Assembly (NCBI GenBank): GCA_963845245.1
Contig: CAWJRJ010000020.1
Location: 133,314 to 197,313 of the forward strand
Reading direction: 5' to 3'
Source: Nitrospirota bacterium
GTDB taxonomy: Bacteria; Nitrospirota; JACRHJ01
DNA length: 64,000 nt
Part shown: positions 60,198 through 64,000 of the stretch, piece after piece
Layout: the number at the start of each line of letters is the position of its first letter
How positions within the stretch are numbered: position 1 is the first letter of the stretch
Program-made: the position numbers and the translations under genes
Notes under the pieces: model-generated
Databases searched by the model: none
Seen by the model: only the letters and a program-made list of their open reading frames with translations
What the model was told of the DNA's origin: nothing

Positions 60198-61555
60198 ATG
60201 CCGCCGCTCACCCTCCTCCAGTCGGACTCGAAGCTCCTTCTTATGCCAATCTGCATCGGCAGCGAGAACATAGCCGCGCCCGGCGAGTAACCCTTCAGCC
60301 TTTTAAAGATGCGCCCGGCTGTGTATGACGAACGCCTGAGCCTGTACAGCAGTTCTTCGCGTTCCTTCACTCCCAGGTTCGGGTGGTCGAATACCGCATG
60401 CACCGCGTCCCAGCGGTCCCAGCTAATGCCGGGCAGAAGCCGTCTCCTTGTAGTCGTCCCAGAGCGGCGTGCCCGGAAGCGGCATCAGCAGGAACGGTAT
60501 CGGCATCACGCCGAGCATGTCGCAGAGCTCAAGCGTCTTCTCGAAGCTTGCCTTTGTATCCGTGTCGAACCCGAGCACGAAGAACCCTGCCACCAGTATA
60601 CCGTACGACTTTATCTTCTTTATCGCCTCGACAGTCTTGCCGAAGTCTATCTCCTGCGTCTGCTTGAGCTTCGGGCGTAATCCTCGCGCTCCGAAGCGTC
60701 TCAGGCTCCGCCGATTCAAGCCCCACGAAGACCTGGTTCAGGCCGCTCCTTGCGGACAGCCTCAGCACTTCGTCGCCGTCTTTTGAGGATGCAACCGCGA
60801 GCGAGCCCGCGCCGTGCCAGCGCATGAACCGCTTCATCCCGTCCATCTTCTCGTACAGCGAAAGCCGGTATGGCAAGTCGCCGAATATGTCGTCGTCCGC
60901 CATCAGGAAGAACCGGCCCATCTGCCCGATCTCTTCAATGACCGATTCGACCGGCCTGTGGCGAACCGTGCCGCCGTAGAACCTCGACGTGCCGCAGAAG
61001 CGGCACATGTACTGGCAGCCGCTCGTCGTGACTATGGAGTCGAAGAAGTACCTGTTCTTCAGCAGGTCGCGCCGGGGTAGCGGCATGTTGTCGAGCGACG
61101 GCCTGTCGCGAATTTGAATGTTTTCTCCTCTGGAAATTCTTCCCTCATCGTAGAGCGGCCCGCCGACGTAGAACTCCTTCAATCGCCCTGCTCGAAATCC
61201 TTTAATAACTTCGGGCCAGGTCTCTTCCGCCTCGCCTATCACTACCGCGTCCGCATGTTCCTTCGCCTCGTGCGGCATGGCGGAGACATGGTGCCCGCCC
61301 AGCACGACCGGAATGCCTTTCGCTCTGCACTCGTCCGCCAGCGCGTACGCGTTCACGGCCATCGGCGTCATCACGCTTATGGCGACCAGGTCCGGCCTGT
61401 CGGAGAGGTCGAGCTTCTCCCTGAAGAGGTTCACCAGCTCGACCTTGTGGTGCTGCTGGGGTCAGCGCCGCGAGGTGCGGCAGGACGTATGGCATCGTCA
61501 CGCCCATCGCGCCGGGGTCGCCGTCTTTTTTCGGGAATATGATTTTAATTTTCAT
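60194..61555 (-). CDS. B12-binding radical SAM protein; frameshifts
   Basis: [34 protein letters not shown] motifs. Confidence 0.85.
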
Positions 61556-61634
61556 GGTGTAATTGTCCTCACTCACCACCTGCGGAAGAGAGGGCCGGCC
61601 AGTAGAGGGCCGGACTAACGCTTGCATCTAAACC

Positions 61635-62984
61635 TTAGTTTCGCGCCGGGTTCCGCGAATGTTTCGGGTGGATCTTAGCGTCCAGCATCTTCATCGCGTA
61701 GTTCATCCCGATGTAGAACATGAACTGCGAGCCGCCGTACAGCCGCTTCCAGATCGACTTGTGCGACAGCGTCTGCGCCACAGCCAGTAGACGCCTTCGG
61801 AGAGCTGTTCCGGCGTCATCAGCGCCGGCTTGAACACCACGTGCGTGCAGTCGTAGTGGTCCCAGTTGTGGTCGAATATCCGGCCCTCGGCAAGCAGCCG
61901 GTCGCCGGTAGCCCGTGCCGGGAAGCGGCGTGGAAATCAGGAAGAACGACGAGTCGATCTTGTTGTCGTCGATGAACTTCTTCGTGCGCTCGAACACGCC
62001 CACGTCGTCCCAGTCCAGCCCGAATATGAAGCTCGCGATGATGCCGATGCCGTGGGCCTTCAGCTTCTTTATCGACTCCGCGTACTTCTCCGGCTTGTTG
62101 AAGCCCTTGCCTATCTTCTTCAGGTTCTCGCCGGAGAGCGACTCGAACCCTATCGCAAGCCCGACGCAGTTTGATTCCTGGGCGAGCTTCAGAAGTTCCG
62201 GGTCGTCCGCGATGCTTATCGTCGCGTAGCTCTGCCAGGGTATCTTGTACTTCGCGAGCATCGTGAAGAGCTCCTTCGCGTATTTGCGGTTCGCGACGAT
62301 GTTGCTGTCCGCGAAGAATATCATCCCCTTCGGGTACGGCGTGCTGAAGCGCTTCAGGCCGGTCAGCGCGGGGCGGTCGTAGAGGTACTGTATCTCCTTC
62401 TCCACCTCCTCCACCGGGCGCGTGCGGTACTTGCCGCCGTAGAAATGTCGTCACGGCGCAGAAGTCGCAGTTGTGCGGGCATCCGCGCGAGGTCTCGACA
62501 ATCGTTATGGGGAAGTACTTGTCGTGTACGCAGAAGGTCCCAGCGCGGCTGCGGCAGTCCGGTCAGCGAGTGCAGGTAATCCTTCTTGTAAATCTTCTGG
62601 AGCCGCCCGTTCTTGAAGTCCTCGATCGCCTGCGGCCAGAGGTCTTCCGCCTCGCCTATGATCACCGAGTCCGCAGTGCTCCGCCGCCTCGTCCGGACAC
62701 GCCGACGGGTGTATCCCGCCCATTATCACCGCCACGCCGCGCTTCCTGAACTCAGCCGCAATCTCGTACGCGCGCGACGCCATCGGGGTCATGGACGATA
62801 TGGCGACGATGTCCGCCTTCTCGTCGAAGTTTATGTCCTCGACGATCTCGTCGATTATCCGCACCTCGCAGTCGGCAGGCGTCAGCGCGGCGACCATCGG
62901 CGCGCCCGCGGTCGGGAACGGGAACTTAAACTTTTTGCCGACAGCCGTGTGGCGGCCTTCAGGGGAGATAATTAAAATCTTCAT
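61635..62984 (-). CDS. B12-binding radical SAM protein; frameshifts
   Basis: MGGIHPS, IGEAE, RGCPHNCDFC (62455-62490), GFES, FIFGLD, PLPGT motifs. Confidence 0.85.
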
Positions 62985-62998
62985 TTATATTTCCTATT

Positions 62999-63024
62999 GT
63001 AGGGGCCGACCCATGTGTCGGCCC
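62999..63024 (+). repeat. REP element
   Basis: GTAG GGGCCGAC ccatgt GTCGGCCC. Confidence 0.88.
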
Positions 63025-63268
63025 GGATATTTTACCGTTTAACGGGTTCTCTGAATCCTCCTCCCATTTTATGGGATTTTCTCTGATATACGCTTTTAAT
63101 ACATTTAGTTCGTCTTCGCTGCGGATAACGCGGTCGTGATAACCACGTTGCCATAGTTTGCCGTAGAATGGCGGCCAGCCATCATCCTTGATACCTCTTA
63201 AATATGCATTTGTAGTCTGGGATTTAAACCATTTCATAATGCGAGGCAAGGATTCATTTTTACAACCT

Positions 63269-63294
63269 GGGCCGACACATAGGTTGGCCCCTAC
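63269..63294 (-). repeat. REP element in frame inside the RAYT gene
   Basis: GTAGGGGCCAACCTATGTGTCGGCCC, translated as VGANLCVGP. Confidence 0.85.
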
Positions 63295-63538
63295 AATTTG
63301 TATAATGCCATGAAAATGATTAGGCATTATGACATAATCATCCAACAACACTTCGGAGAATTTCCTGCCGATATCCCTCCAGTACTTTTCAACCATTGCA
63401 ACGACGTGAGGGTTATCGAAAAACGACTCCCGATTATGCACGCAGACGGTTATAAAATAACACCCTTCCAGCGAATAATCATATCCCTCAAGACGCAGAC
63501 GTTTTCTCGGTTCTTTATAATAAATCTTCATACCTATT

Positions 63539-63564
63539 GTAGGGGCCGACCTATGTGTCGGCCC
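63539..63564 (+). repeat. REP element
   Basis: GTAG GGGCCGAC ctatgt GTCGGCCC. Confidence 0.88.
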
Positions 63565-63569
63565 TCTAT

Positions 63570-64000
63570 TTAAATCTCGTAAGTTCCCTTACCTATGCTA
63601 TTTACGCACGAGGCTAAAATGACTCCAGGATATTTTGAGTAAGCTTTTTTACCATCTTCATAATAGGGAAACGATTCTGTTAAAATTGTTTTGGGAGCAT
63701 GCCAAAAACAACTCCAATCAGCATCCAACTCATGCTGAACTCTATTAAGCATTTCTAAAGCTTCTCCTTTATTTAAATGTTCACTTTCTTCATTTTTAGA
63801 GTTGGAATACAACGGCATAATCATTAGTCCCATTTTTATTACGTTACAGCTTTTATCTGCCAAGAATCTAGCATCAGAATTTTTAATAGATTTTAATTGA
63901 GTAAGTAATTCTTTCCATGTTCCTTTATTGTCATACGCATTAAGTTTTATATTCTTATAACTTAACCATGAATGTTTTAATTCTATAAGAACGTTTTGTT
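63570..64000 (-). CDS. AT-rich hypothetical protein, 5' end beyond the window
   Basis: Frame open from 63998 (QNVLIELKHSW...) to the stop at 63570. Confidence 0.65.
   Translation of the reverse strand, partial: QNVLIELKHSWLSYKNIKLNAYDNKGTWKELLTQLKSIKNSDARFLADKSCNVIKMGLMIMPLYSNSKNEESEHLNKGEALEMLNRVQHELDADWSCFWHAPKTILTESFPYYEDGKKAYSKYPGVILASCVNSIGKGTYEI

Larger units (their letters stand above)
62959..63531 (-). mobile_element. REP-associated tyrosine transposase (RAYT, Y1 HUH)
   Basis: RLEGYDY, YFITVC, MPNHFH (HUH), WQRGYHDRVIR, YIRENP motifs. Confidence 0.92.

Noticed and set aside
61590..61614. AGAGGGCCGG direct repeat between the radical SAM genes
   Set aside because: Only two short copies, with no supportable structure or function
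62999..63564. Repeats as a CRISPR array or integron attC sites proper
   Set aside because: Irregular spacing, mixed orientation, GTAG REP signature, and no cas gene or integrase

Overview
Bacterial chromosomal window, mostly minus-strand. It is probably from an anaerobic Nitrospirota-like organism (inferred from the RpoZ N-terminus, clpC, bioW and a tungsten-type AOR). More than 30 single-base frameshifts, many in essential genes (rpsO, pnp, nusA, efp, accBC, gmk), point to long-read indel errors rather than pseudogenes. Left end (1-10.1 kb): a tightly coupled, PadR-headed type II aromatic polyketide cluster (KSalpha, CLF, ACP, three cyclase/aromatase genes). Its visible accessory genes are O2-independent redox types: a U32 Fe-S protein fused to a PCP_red-like domain, an aldehyde:ferredoxin oxidoreductase, two TIGR04076 Cys proteins, a PanE-like reductase and a flavodoxin-fold protein. 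The cluster runs off the left edge and is the best candidate for an undescribed system. Middle (10-58 kb): housekeeping genes (mtnP, hfq-miaA-mutL, dut, pnp-rpsO-truB-rbfA-infB-nusA-rimP, aminotransferase, exbBD, thiE, accCB-efp-aroQ, ahcY-metK-coaBC-rpoZ-gmk-yicC, clpC, bioB-bioW-bioF), a divergent Hfq and two unannotated small membrane ORFs. Right end: two B12-binding radical SAM genes plus a CrtI-like FAD oxidoreductase, then a REP-associated tyrosine transposase (RAYT). Its GTAG-palindrome REPs follow ORFs in a cassette-like pattern, and one further copy lies about 47 kb away between mutL and miaA.
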